A stretch of DNA of 64,000 nucleotides from an uncultured Armatimonadetes bacterium (GTDB lineage: Bacteria > Armatimonadota > Armatimonadia > Armatimonadales > Capsulimonadaceae), in assembly GCA_963699265.1 (NCBI GenBank), contig OY969427.1, forward strand, positions 3,784,006 to 3,848,005, given 5' to 3'. The notes beneath the pieces are model-generated. The model was not told where the DNA came from, did not search any database, and was given only the letters and a program-made list of their open reading frames with translations. Shown in pieces: positions 44,359 through 53,172 of this stretch (within the stretch, counting starts at the first letter, position 1; each line of letters opens with the position of its first letter). The position numbers and the translations under genes are program-made.

Positions 44359-44399
44359 AAATGGCCGCGATTCTCGCCGATTGAGAATCGCGGCCATTT
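44359..44399 (-). terminator. hairpin terminator (GGCCGCGA family)
   Basis: 17-bp stem AAATGGCCGCGATTCTC / GAGAATCGCGGCCATTT. A/T runs on both flanks allow termination in either direction. Confidence 0.7.
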
Positions 44400-44421
44400 C
44401 TTGCCTAGATTAGAATCTGCG

Positions 44422-45294
44422 CTAGATCGGGCTGAAAGTCATCGTCGCCGAGTTTGGAACCGCACACGGTGCCGTTCCAACGTTTGCAGGCGGCGTTGCA
44501 CTATCCATGCACGCTGTTCCGGAGGCGAATGTCTGACCGCCTCCGCCATTGCCGTAGATCTGCTCTGAGCTCGGAAGTGCCGCAGTAAACCCTGGCGAAA
44601 TCTTTACAGGCAGTAGATATTTCACATGTCCGTCGCAGGCAAGGTAGTTGGCCCCGCCGTTGTGAATACCCGTCTTCAGTTTGATCAGTTGAAGCGTCTC
44701 CGCCGCCGGGTTACCAGTTGCGTACAATCCCTGCTGTCCGCCGGGCTGACCGCCCCAGAATCTTTGTTCCATCGTAGATAGCGGCGACAGGTCGCTGCCC
44801 CAGCTCGTCGCAGGCAGAGGCTGACCGTTTGCTCCCTGGATCTCGCACAGCAGAACTGTCGATGCCGGCGCGTTCAACTTCGCAATTGCCATCCCGGGAT
44901 TAATCGCGGGAGGAAAGTTGGCAGAGTTGGTTGTGTTGACCATCGGAACCTCAAGATCGAAGTTCATCGTGTAGGAGATCTCCACGTTGGTACCGCTGTT
45001 GCCACCATTCCCGCTAAGCGGATCGTCTGGGCAAACATAGACGCCGGCCGCCTTCACGTAAGGATAAATTGCCGTCGCCCAGCCCTCGCTGTTGTTGTCT
45101 GGTATGCCGTAAAACTCGTCGTTGTCCTGGTTGTATTGAACAAAAGCCAGTCCAAGCTGTTTTAAGTTGCTTGCACACGACGTTTGCCGGGCCTTTTCAC
45201 GCGCCGTTGCGAACACCGGGAACAGAATCGCTGCCAGAATCGCGATAATGGCTATTACCACGAGCAGCTCAATGAGCGTAAATCCTTTTTTCAT
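44422..45294 (-). CDS. prepilin-type N-terminal cleavage/methylation domain protein, DUF1559-like, type B
   Basis: [40 protein letters not shown] and [23 protein letters not shown] lies upstream of the ATG. Confidence 0.85.
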   Translation of the reverse strand: MKKGFTLIELLVVIAIIAILAAILFPVFATAREKARQTSCASNLKQLGLAFVQYNQDNDEFYGIPDNNSEGWATAIYPYVKAAGVYVCPDDPLSGNGGNSGTNVEISYTMNFDLEVPMVNTTNSANFPPAINPGMAIAKLNAPASTVLLCEIQGANGQPLPATSWGSDLSPLSTMEQRFWGGQPGGQQGLYATGNPAAETLQLIKLKTGIHNGGANYLACDGHVKYLLPVKISPGFTAALPSSEQIYGNGGGGQTFASGTACMDSATPPANVGTAPCAVPNSATMTFSPI

Positions 45295-45370
45295 CGTTTC
45301 CTCGCTTGTCGAAAGTTGAAATATTACGGGCGGTTCGCAACTCGACCTTCAGAGCTCGAAACCTGTACCC

Positions 45371-45434
45371 ATACTATCAGACAATTAGCCGCTTGTCAAG
45401 CATATTGTCACAGTATGTTAATGTTTGTTGCACA
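45371..45434 (-). promoter_or_regulatory. sigma70 promoter plus conserved upstream two-box element
   Basis: Read on the reverse strand: TGTGCAA (45434-45428), 16 nt, TGTGAC (45412-45407), TTGACA (45399-45394), 17-nt spacer, TAGTAT (45376-45371). Confidence 0.6.
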
Positions 45435-45536
45435 GACACAGGAGTAACCCACGTGTTGAGCTTGCCGCTCTCTGTGAAACGGTCAGTGCAACATCCTTTG
45501 CTGCTTCCTCCGGCGCTGGCCCGACAAAAAATTAAT

Positions 45537-45569
45537 GGCCGCGACTCATTCCCGTGAAGAGTCGCGGCC
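45537..45569 (-). terminator. hairpin terminator (GGCCGCGA family)
   Basis: 11-bp stem GGCCGCGACTC / GAGTCGCGGCC with an 11-nt loop. Confidence 0.6.
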
Positions 45570-45597
45570 ACGTTGTCTTTTAGGTCAGAACTACCGT

Positions 45598-46464
45598 TTA
45601 GACGGGGCTGAATGTCAAGGTCGCTGATCCTTGCTGTGCGCAGGAAGCTGTTGAGGAAGTTCCCGGGTTCGTCGCCGAGTCCATGCAGGAAGTCCCTGAC
45701 GCGAACGCTTGATTGTTGTTAGGCACAAACTGTTCCGCACCCGGCGTGGCCGCGTCGAAACCGGTTGATATCTTGCCGGCCAGCAGATACTTCACATGTC
45801 CGTCGCATGCAAGATAGTTGGCGCCGCCATTGTGAAATGCCTGAGGAATAATCAAGTCGATCGGCTGGCCGGTAGGTTCGCCGGTGGCATACTTTCCATT
45901 TCGACCGCCTGGATAACCGAAGCCGCCACTAGACCAAAATGTTCGGTCCATTGTGGACAGCGATGACTGGTCGGCTCCCCAGGTAGCAGCGGGAAGCGTC
46001 AAGTTGATGTAAGTCTGCATTTCACACAGGAGAACAGTCGATGCGGGCGCGTTCAACTTGCCGACCGATATTCCAGAGTTTCCTGGAATCGAAGGTATTG
46101 TCGCGGTGCTTCCAGAGATTGTCTCTGGCGTAGCAAGGTTGAAGTTCATGGAGTAGGAGCACGCTGCGAAACCGGCCTGCGGAACTGATGGGTCGTCAGG
46201 ACACTGATATACAGCCGTCGCCTTAACATAGGGATACACCGGAGTTGCCCAACCCTGGCTGTTGATGTCCATGGCCGGATAGCACTCGTCGTAATCCTGA
46301 TTGTATTGAATGATCGCGAGGCCGAGCTGCTTTTCGTTGCTCGCGCAAGACGTCTGCCGCGCCTTCTCGCGCGCAGTCGCGAACACTGGAAAAAGAATGG
46401 CTGCTAGTATGGCTATGATCGCTATCACTACGAGCAGCTCAATGAGTGTAAAACCTCGTTTCAT
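45598..46464 (-). CDS. prepilin-type N-terminal cleavage/methylation domain protein, DUF1559-like, type B
   Basis: [40 protein letters not shown] and [18 protein letters not shown] prefer the ATG at 46464 (GAGGTG upstream) within track ORF 45598..46470. Confidence 0.85.
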   Translation of the reverse strand: MKRGFTLIELLVVIAIIAILAAILFPVFATAREKARQTSCASNEKQLGLAIIQYNQDYDECYPAMDINSQGWATPVYPYVKATAVYQCPDDPSVPQAGFAACSYSMNFNLATPETISGSTATIPSIPGNSGISVGKLNAPASTVLLCEMQTYINLTLPAATWGADQSSLSTMDRTFWSSGGFGYPGGRNGKYATGEPTGQPIDLIIPQAFHNGGANYLACDGHVKYLLAGKISTGFDAATPGAEQFVPNNNQAFASGTSCMDSATNPGTSSTASCAQQGSATLTFSPV

Positions 46465-46532
46465 CTTCACCTCTCTGGTCTAATTTGAAATAAATGCGGT
46501 CGGGTGGTCCGTCGCAGACCCGATCTTCAGAC

Positions 46533-46596
46533 ATACTATCAAAGTATCGGCAGATTGTCAAGCGAATTGGTACACTATGTAAACATATATTGTACA
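46533..46596 (-). promoter_or_regulatory. sigma70 promoter plus conserved upstream two-box element
   Basis: Read on the reverse strand: TGTACAA (46596-46590), 16 nt, TGTACC (46574-46569), TTGACA (46561-46556), 17-nt spacer, TAGTAT (46538-46533). Confidence 0.6.
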
Positions 46597-47040
46597 AAGG
46601 TGGAGGCATGTGGCCTTAGTAGGAACTTAGTCTGTTCGCCTCCAAGCCTTCAACTTCGATGTCCTAATTTTGGAGCACGCAACGGAAGAACTGACGCAGA
46701 CAGTAACCCCAGAGCGAGTAAAACATCTGGGGTAGCGCCCAAGCGGAAGCGGAAGTAGAAGCGATCTCCTTGAATCGGTTCCATTCAGTTGGTTGCAAGC
46801 TGAGAGCTACGCAACGCCGAAGCACGCGACCATTGGCTGTACAAGGATTGGCCCTGGCTGTGCAGACCCGCGGCACAAGCGCGGTGTCCTATGAGATTCT
46901 CTATCTACCGCACGGGGTCTATATCTATTTTCTCGTATGCTGCGTTTCACCTGGGCGATGCATCTGTAGACACGGGACAGCGTCTTGATGATCTTCGCTG
47001 CACTTCAAACAGCGGGTGCCTCATACGCGTCCAAATGGCC

Positions 47041-47433
47041 TCATTCCGAGCAGTCGCGGCTGAGTTCGCTGCACGGCACATCTCCAGCAAGATGCACTGC
47101 GCTCCATTCGGTGATCGCGTCGAGGACCGGCTGCAATGCCCGCCCCTTATCCGTCAGATCGTAGCTCGTGCGCGGCGGCATTGTCGATAGGACGGTCTTT
47201 GTTATGATGCCGGTTTTCTCCAGTAGGTTCAGACGTTGCGTCAATGTCGTGGTGTTGACGTTCCCTCGTCGCATAAGATCGCTGAAGCCCACTGGGCCGC
47301 CTGTCAGCGAGTAGACGATCAAAAGGACCCACTTCTCCTGCAGCAGCAAGGCGCCCCGCACAAACGGAGGGATTGAGGCGCACGACTTCACCGTGTGACC
47401 GTCTTGTTCAGATATCGAAGCATCGTTCGCCAT
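47041..47433 (-). CDS. HxlR-family winged-helix transcriptional regulator
   Basis: LLQEKWVLLIVYSLTGGPVGFSDLMR...TLTQRLNLLEKTGIITKTV...PPRTSYDLTDKGRAL is the typical HxlR pattern. It is divergent from the DoxX-like gene. Confidence 0.8.
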   Translation of the reverse strand: MANDASISEQDGHTVKSCASIPPFVRGALLLQEKWVLLIVYSLTGGPVGFSDLMRRGNVNTTTLTQRLNLLEKTGIITKTVLSTMPPRTSYDLTDKGRALQPVLDAITEWSAVHLAGDVPCSELSRDCSE

Positions 47434-47630
47434 ACTCTAACCTTATCCTAGCAACCCACGCTTAGCATGCGCAGCATTTTTGCGGAATAACCACCATAAC
47501 TGCGGACGTTTGAAGCCAAGTATACCACAAATGATTGCTTTGCTGTATATTTTGCTATGCGCTTGACAAAATCAAGTTAAGCGAACATAATCATGTCATT
47601 AGACTTTGACGGAGGTTGAGATAGTCACAT

Positions 47631-48059
47631 ATGAAAATAGCAGCGACGATCGCCCGCATTTTGCTTGGGCTGATGTTTACAGTATTCGGACTGAACGGAT
47701 TTCTGCACTTTCTGCCGATGCAGATGCCGACCGGGCTTGCGGGAGAGTACATGATCGTTATGTCGCAGTCCCACTATATGGTCGCAGTGTTCCTGGTACA
47801 GCTCATTGGCGGCATATTGCTTCTGACCAATAGGTTCGTTCCACTCGCTCTTGTGCCTCTTGGGCCCGTGATCGTCAACATCCTGCTTTTCCACGCGCTG
47901 ATGGCACCTCAAGGACTGCCTCCCGGCACGATCGCGCTTATCCTCTGGCTCATTGTGTTCAGCAGCGTCCGGCATGCGTTCGACGGCATATTCTCGATGC
48001 GCTCCGAGCCGAACGGCACGGTTTCCGCCCCCGATCTCCGCGCCGCGCATACCCAATAA
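47631..48059 (+). CDS. DoxX-like small membrane protein
   Basis: 142 aa with four hydrophobic helices. The N-terminus ARILLGLMFTVFGLNGF is DoxX-like. Pairing with an HxlR regulator is classic. Confidence 0.65.
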   Translation: MKIAATIARILLGLMFTVFGLNGFLHFLPMQMPTGLAGEYMIVMSQSHYMVAVFLVQLIGGILLLTNRFVPLALVPLGPVIVNILLFHALMAPQGLPPGTIALILWLIVFSSVRHAFDGIFSMRSEPNGTVSAPDLRAAHTQ

Positions 48060-48079
48060 GGCAACCTAGCATCACATTC

Positions 48080-48118
48080 AGCCCTCCCCATAAACAGTCG
48101 GGAGGGCTTTGCCTTTTG
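48080..48118 (+). terminator. intrinsic terminator after the DoxX-like gene
   Basis: 9-bp stem AGCCCTCCC / GGGAGGGCT with an 11-nt loop, followed by TTGCCTTTT. Confidence 0.6.
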
Positions 48119-48494
48119 TAAGACAAAAGAGGGTAGGGCTCGCATTGCGGGAAAGCTGCTCGTTGTCCGCGATGACATGCGGTGTCTGCTAGATCGGCCT
48201 AGCTGATGAGGCAATGGGGGCGACACCTCCATTTGCAAATATCGTACATTTTGCATCCTAACCCTGAACTTTTGTTAGCGCTCCCAAAAGTCCCTTATCT
48301 TATAATTTCTATGAGAAGTTTGTTTCAAAAAATATTTCGACTAAAAGGAGGAAAACGCTTGCTGGCCAAGCAACTGACTTTCGTTCTCGCCTGTTGTCTC
48401 TATTCTGGCTCGTGAGAGCCTAGCTTTGATACTTCTCAAGCCCTCTCAAAGTAGCGACCTTCGAATTACTCAAACGGCTCATGGAGGATAGGAA

Positions 48495-49631
48495 ATGTTT
48501 ACCAATCGACCTGCTGCAATGTTGCGCGCAATGAGTGCTGGTGTGCTAGCCGCATCGAGCTGCATGTTTCTGTCGAGCTGTGGAGGCGGCGGTGGTGGTG
48601 GAAGCATCCCTACTCCCACCGGTGGTGGAGCTGGTCAACTCTACGCGTATGTCCTCGATTCGGGGACGAGCGTCGTTTCCACCTATAAAGTCGGCGCTGA
48701 TGGTTCACTTGCATCGAGCGGGAGCGATGAGACCGTCGGCGCACAACCGGCTGGGATTACAGTGGACCCACAACAAAGATTTCTTTATGTTCCAAATCAG
48801 GGCAATTCCTTCCTGAATCAACAGGCTTCTATTTCGGTTTTTACAATTGGCAACACGGGCATGCTGTCGGCAGTGGGCACTACGCTAGATTCCAGTAGTC
48901 CATTTGGGATAGGCGTTAACAGCAGCGGCAAATACGCAATCGCCACAAACGTTCCCTCCTCTGGCGAAGCGTCCGCCTCCATTTACAGCATCAATCAAAG
49001 TACCGGCGCATTGACGCTCTCATCCACAGCCGATCTCGGAGCTGCACCATTTCTAGCATCGCCGCTTATTTTGGATCCCGGCGGCCCTTATGCCTATATC
49101 GGAGACTCAACAAGCATACAGATTTTCAAGCTTTCGTCCGGCACGCTCACAGCTAACAGCCCCGCGACATTATCAATTCCGTACACAAGTTTTAGCCCCA
49201 CAGGAAAATTCGCCTACGGAGCAGGCTCTAACGGGATCGTTTATGAGGGCGTTGTTCAGTCCAATGGAAACGTAACTGCTAATTCTCCAGGTTCCGTACA
49301 AACAACTAGTGCCGGCGGAACAATTACCATTGGCTCTAATGGCAAATATGCCTATATTGCCGATTCCACCAACAACAGGATCGAACAATTTAGCGTAAGC
49401 AGTTCGGGCCTGCTTGCTCCTCTGTCTGTTCCATCAGTTGCCGTGACGGGGACACCGTACAGCGTAATCGTCGACCCGCTTGGACGCTTTCTATATGTCA
49501 ATATTGACGATCAACAGCATCCTGCCGAGCTTGCGCGTTTTCAGATAACCAACGGGGCACTTGTAGCTGGCAGCGAAACGACCGTGTTCAGCGACGGCAA
49601 CTTCCATGCGGTTGTTTTTGCTACTAAGTAG
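48495..49631 (+). CDS. lipoprotein with 7-bladed beta-propeller lactonase-like fold
   Basis: Lipobox FLSSC followed by a poly-Gly linker. Repeated motifs (LYAYVLDSGTSVVSTYKV..., ITVDPQQRFLYVPNQGN, SVIVDPLGRFLYV) are typical of the Lactonase (PF10282-like) family. Confidence 0.7.
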   Translation: MFTNRPAAMLRAMSAGVLAASSCMFLSSCGGGGGGGSIPTPTGGGAGQLYAYVLDSGTSVVSTYKVGADGSLASSGSDETVGAQPAGITVDPQQRFLYVPNQGNSFLNQQASISVFTIGNTGMLSAVGTTLDSSSPFGIGVNSSGKYAIATNVPSSGEASASIYSINQSTGALTLSSTADLGAAPFLASPLILDPGGPYAYIGDSTSIQIFKLSSGTLTANSPATLSIPYTSFSPTGKFAYGAGSNGIVYEGVVQSNGNVTANSPGSVQTTSAGGTITIGSNGKYAYIADSTNNRIEQFSVSSSGLLAPLSVPSVAVTGTPYSVIVDPLGRFLYVNIDDQQHPAELARFQITNGALVAGSETTVFSDGNFHAVVFATK

Positions 49632-49810
49632 TGTGATTCCGCAACAAATGTGACAACTGTTGGAGGATACACATCCGTTTAGTGCCCAAGTCAGGTATGG
49701 AAGTCTGATTCGCGGCGGGGGAAGATTTTGGGCACGCACTATGCGCGGTTCATGTCGCGCTTCGCTTCGTCAATCCCACGGTATACTAATGTCTTGGGGG
49801 AACGGTTCTC

Positions 49811-51313
49811 ATGGCGTTTGCCGAAGAAGACGAACTAGCGCGCGCGCAAAATCCTTTCGATGCTGAAATGGACGCGGACACACCCAAAGAGGAGTGCGGC
49901 TGCTTCGGCGTCTATGCGCCGGGCCAGGATGTCGCACGCATCACATACTTCGGCCTCTTTGCCCTTCAGCATCGCGGCCAGGAGTCGGCGGGCATCGCGA
50001 CCTCCGACGGCAAGACCCTCCGCATGCACAAGGACATGGGCCTTGTCGCGCAAATTTTCAACGAGGATGTCCTCGCCACCCTTCCCGGCCACATCGCCAT
50101 CGGCCACACGCGTTATTCCACGACGGGCTCATCGGTTCTGCGCAACGCTCAGCCGCTCCACTGCGTGTGGGGTGGGGGAACATTGGCCGTCGGCCACAAC
50201 GGCAACCTAGTTAACGCCACCGAACTGCGTCAAGAACTCGAAGCTGCGGGCGTACCGTTCGAAACCACTAACGATAGCGAAGTCATCGCACGTCTGATCG
50301 CGTTTCAGGACACCGAGAGCCTGGAAGAGGCGGTTGCCCGGACAATGGCGCGGCTCAAAGGTGCCTATTCGCTCGTCATTTTGACCGAGAACGCGCTGAT
50401 CGGTGTCCGCTGTCCGTACGGCGTCCGGCCCTTGTCGATTGGCCAGCTTGACGGTGGACATTACGTTCTGGCGTCCGAGACGTGCGCATTAAATACGGTA
50501 GGCGCGGAGTTCATCCGCGAAGTCGCACCTGGCGAGATCGTCACGATTGACCGCACGGGACTGCGCGCGCGGCAGGGTTTGCAGATGGCGCGGTACGCGA
50601 CCTGCATGTTCGAGTTCATCTATTTTGCGCGCCCGGATTCGGTGCTGTTTGGCCGCGAGCTTCACCAGGTGCGCCGTGCAATGGGCCGTGAACTCGCCCG
50701 CGAGCATCCTGTTCCCGGCGGCGCGGATATTGTCATCCCCATCCCGGACACAGGCACTCCGGCGGCGATCGGATTTGCCGAGCAGTCGGGGATTCCGTTC
50801 GGCGAGGGCATTATCAAGAATCGCTATATTCAGCGGACATTCATCCAGCCCGATCAGCGCATGCGCGAACTGGGTGTCAAGATGAAGCTAATGCCGATCA
50901 AGGAGGCGCTTGCGGGCAAACGGGTCGTCATGGTCGACGACAGCATCGTCCGCGGCACCACCACCGGCCAGATCGTGAAGATTCTGCTGGAGGCGGGCGC
51001 GTCGGAGGTGCATGTCCGCATCACCGCGCCGCCGATCACGCACCCCTGCTTCTACGGCATCGACATGGCCGACCAGGCGCAGCTTGTCGCCGCGCATCAG
51101 TCTGTGAGCGAAATTCGCGACCTCATCGGTGCAACCTCGCTGGGCTACCTCAGCATCAACGGCCTGTCCCGCGCCATCGGCCTCTCCCGCGACCGCTTCT
51201 GCCTCGCCTGCTTCAACGGCGAATACCCCATTGCAATCCCCGACAAGGTGAAGATGTCCAAGTTCGCGCTCGAGCTGCCGGTGAGTGTGGGGGCTGAGGG
51301 CCAGTTGGAGTAG
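49811..51313 (+). CDS. purF: amidophosphoribosyltransferase
   Basis: The motif CGCFGVYA...FGLFALQHRGQESAGIA marks the Ntn amidotransferase domain. A PRTase motif (VVMVDDSIVRGTT) and C-terminal Cys ligands are present. The N-terminal propeptide length and start codon are uncertain. Confidence 0.9.
   Translation: MAFAEEDELARAQNPFDAEMDADTPKEECGCFGVYAPGQDVARITYFGLFALQHRGQESAGIATSDGKTLRMHKDMGLVAQIFNEDVLATLPGHIAIGHTRYSTTGSSVLRNAQPLHCVWGGGTLAVGHNGNLVNATELRQELEAAGVPFETTNDSEVIARLIAFQDTESLEEAVARTMARLKGAYSLVILTENALIGVRCPYGVRPLSIGQLDGGHYVLASETCALNTVGAEFIREVAPGEIVTIDRTGLRARQGLQMARYATCMFEFIYFARPDSVLFGRELHQVRRAMGRELAREHPVPGGADIVIPIPDTGTPAAIGFAEQSGIPFGEGIIKNRYIQRTFIQPDQRMRELGVKMKLMPIKEALAGKRVVMVDDSIVRGTTTGQIVKILLEAGASEVHVRITAPPITHPCFYGIDMADQAQLVAAHQSVSEIRDLIGATSLGYLSINGLSRAIGLSRDRFCLACFNGEYPIAIPDKVKMSKFALELPVSVGAEGQLE
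51191..51300 (+). repeat. direct repeat copy 1 (functional 3' end of purF)
   Basis: About 109 nt that align with 52031..52140 with 8 mismatches by my hand alignment. Confidence 0.8.
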
Positions 51314-51349
51314 GGGCGGGTGCGGGGCGATAGCTTTTTTACAAAGCTA

Positions 51350-51378
51350 TTGACAATGCGCAGGCAATGCGGCAGAAT
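51350..51378 (+). promoter_or_regulatory. candidate promoter of the TA cassette
   Basis: TTGACA (51350-51355), 17-nt spacer, CAGAAT (51373-51378). It is preceded by a 7-bp AT-rich hairpin at 51331-51349. Confidence 0.45.
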
Positions 51379-51385
51379 CTCTTTT

Positions 51386-51706
51386 ATGGAAACTATACAA
51401 CTTCTCTCTGTGAAAGAAGCTGCCAGGGAGTTGAATGTAACCGATGGCGCAATCAGGATAGCCATTAGCAAGGGCAGGCTAGATTGTACTGCTTACGGTA
51501 CAAGAAAGCTTATTGCTCGTGATGCTTTAGAAGCATACCGTAAGCGGACTCAGCCTCAGGGAGTTAAGAGCAAGGGTCGTCCTCGCTCCATCGTTCTACC
51601 AAGTCCAGCGTTTGAAACAATGGGATTGAGTGATGAGGCCTTTGCCCAGTTTTGGGACGCTCCAGGGGAGGATGAAGCTTGGGCGCATTTACGCGAGGTG
51701 AGGTAG
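51386..51706 (+). CDS. excisionase/MerR-type HTH protein, probable antitoxin
   Basis: METIQLLSVKEAARELNVTDGAIRIAISKGRL... is an excisionase-family HTH. It overlaps the downstream MazF-like gene by 28 nt. I chose the ATG at 51386 within track ORF 51320..51706. Confidence 0.7.
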   Translation: METIQLLSVKEAARELNVTDGAIRIAISKGRLDCTAYGTRKLIARDALEAYRKRTQPQGVKSKGRPRSIVLPSPAFETMGLSDEAFAQFWDAPGEDEAWAHLREVR

Positions 51707-52017
51707 TCACGGTTCCATTTCCTTTTTCGTCAAGTTCGGGCGAAAAAATACGGCCCGCTTTAGTTTTGGCATCCTGGTCATGGGGTTCGAAAACAGACTA
51801 TCTGCTGTGTATGATTACTACTCAGCCATCAACGACTAAGCTCATTATAGACTTGGAGCCAAGTGATATTTCTGCAGGCGTCCTACTTAAGAAAAGCTAC
51901 GTTAGGCCGACATATCTCAACACTGTTGTCGAGGCTAGGATTGTTCGGAAAGTCGGCGTGATGCGGGCGGATAAAGTTCAGGAGTGCTTGGACGTGTTGA
52001 ACTCAGTGTTAGCGTAA
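51679..52017 (+). CDS. PemK/MazF-family toxin
   Basis: The motif RGEVVTVPFPFSSSSGEKIRPALVLAS...LLCMITTQ is the characteristic MazF/PemK N-terminal pattern. The start is a TTG per the track. Confidence 0.75.
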   Translation: MGAFTRGEVVTVPFPFSSSSGEKIRPALVLASWSWGSKTDYLLCMITTQPSTTKLIIDLEPSDISAGVLLKKSYVRPTYLNTVVEARIVRKVGVMRADKVQECLDVLNSVLA

Positions 52018-52030
52018 GTTTATAATTTTA

Positions 52031-52162
52031 GACCTCTTCTGCCTCGCCTGCTTCAACGGCGAATACCCCATTCCAATCCCGGATAACGTGAAGATGTCAA
52101 AGTTCGCGCTGGAGCTGCCGGTGAGTGTGGGGGCTGGGGCGGGAGTGGGGGCAGGGAGATAA
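52031..52162 (+). pseudogene. displaced 3' fragment of purF (direct repeat copy 2)
   Basis: It encodes ...FCLACFNGEYPIPIPDNVKMSKFALELPVSVGAGAGVGAGR-stop. There is no upstream part of the gene. Confidence 0.8.
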
Positions 52163-52193
52163 GTGTTGGTCGATGATCTAGGCTGTTCGTCGG

Positions 52194-52631
52194 ATGCCTG
52201 ACCGTATCACACCCGAAGAGCGCAGCGCAATTATGGCGCGGATTCGGTCGCGCAATACATCCCCGGAGATCGCGTTGCGACGCCAGGTTCACGCGCTCGG
52301 TCTGCGATTCCGTCTGCATCGACGCGACCTGCCAGGCACACCCGATTTGGTACTCCCAAAGTTCAAAGTTGCGGTATTCGTGCATGGCTGCTTCTGGCAT
52401 CGTCACGCAGGATGCAAACTTGCAAGCACGCCAAAATCCAATCAGGAATTTTGGAACAAGAAGTTCGAGCGCAACCTCGCCCGCGACCTCTTAGACGTTT
52501 CCGCCCTCACCGAACGCGGCTGGCTGGTGCTTGTCTTTTGGGAGTGCCAAATTAAGCGCGATGTTGCGGACTGCGCGATGGCTGTGAAGACGGCGTGCGA
52601 GGCAGCGGCTAATCGCCAAACTTTTTCCTGA
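52194..52631 (+). CDS. vsr: very short patch repair endonuclease
   Basis: RSAIMARIRSRNTSPEIALRRQVHALGLRFRLHRRDLPGTPDLVLPKFKVAVFVHGCFWHRH is the canonical Vsr motif set. Confidence 0.9.
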   Translation: MPDRITPEERSAIMARIRSRNTSPEIALRRQVHALGLRFRLHRRDLPGTPDLVLPKFKVAVFVHGCFWHRHAGCKLASTPKSNQEFWNKKFERNLARDLLDVSALTERGWLVLVFWECQIKRDVADCAMAVKTACEAAANRQTFS

Positions 52632-53136
52632 GCCATTCGTAAACGGCCTTTTGCTCTTCTTGACCAGCCCGCCTAATCTGACCTAGCAACCATATAGTCG
52701 TAGGTTTTTCGCTGGTGATGTTCTTAGCGCCCTGGTTGCATGTCGAACATAGCGCACGTAGATTCGAAAGCTCATCTATTCCGCCCAGGCTCTTGTCTTT
52801 GATGTGACCAAGATGAAGTCTGACCTTACGACCGGTAGCAGGATCAGTGTCGCCGGGAGTCAGACCGCACATCTGGCACGTAAAGCCGTTGCGGTCAAGC
52901 ACTTCGGCTCGTAGCTTCGCGGAAATCCCGCGAGCGAATGACACGTCACTTTTATCAGGAGGCGCATCTTTGATTAGATATTGCCCAGGTTTCAGTTCGG
53001 CACTGTCGTTATGCGTAAGGATCGGCCATCCTTCGTCCTCTCGCAGTTCGCGAACTCTACGCGCCCATTCGGCGACACCCAGGTCCTGCCGCATTCTGAA
53101 TCTCAGATGATGACAGGACTTTCCCGATATTTTCAA
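52609..53136 (-). CDS. HNH nuclease, probable restriction endonuclease partner of the adjacent methyltransferase
   Basis: CQMCG...HLGHIKDKSLGG...NLRALCSTCN is an HNH beta-beta-alpha-metal motif with Cys pairs. It lies 36 nt downstream of the MTase on the same strand. Its 3' end overlaps vsr by 23 nt. The start codon is uncertain (53136 or 53094). Confidence 0.75.
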   Translation of the reverse strand: MKISGKSCHHLRFRMRQDLGVAEWARRVRELREDEGWPILTHNDSAELKPGQYLIKDAPPDKSDVSFARGISAKLRAEVLDRNGFTCQMCGLTPGDTDPATGRKVRLHLGHIKDKSLGGIDELSNLRALCSTCNQGAKNITSEKPTTIWLLGQIRRAGQEEQKAVYEWLRKKFGD

Positions 53137-53172
53137 GGAAGATATTGGCGGATGCGCTCCTTTGATCCTGTC

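Noticed and set aside
46600-47040. Small ORFs (46504..46758, 46664..46876, 46770..46988, 46891..47190) in the gap between the pilin triplet and the HxlR gene
   Set aside because: They are short and mutually overlapping, with no motifs or ribosome-binding sites. The region is left unannotated.
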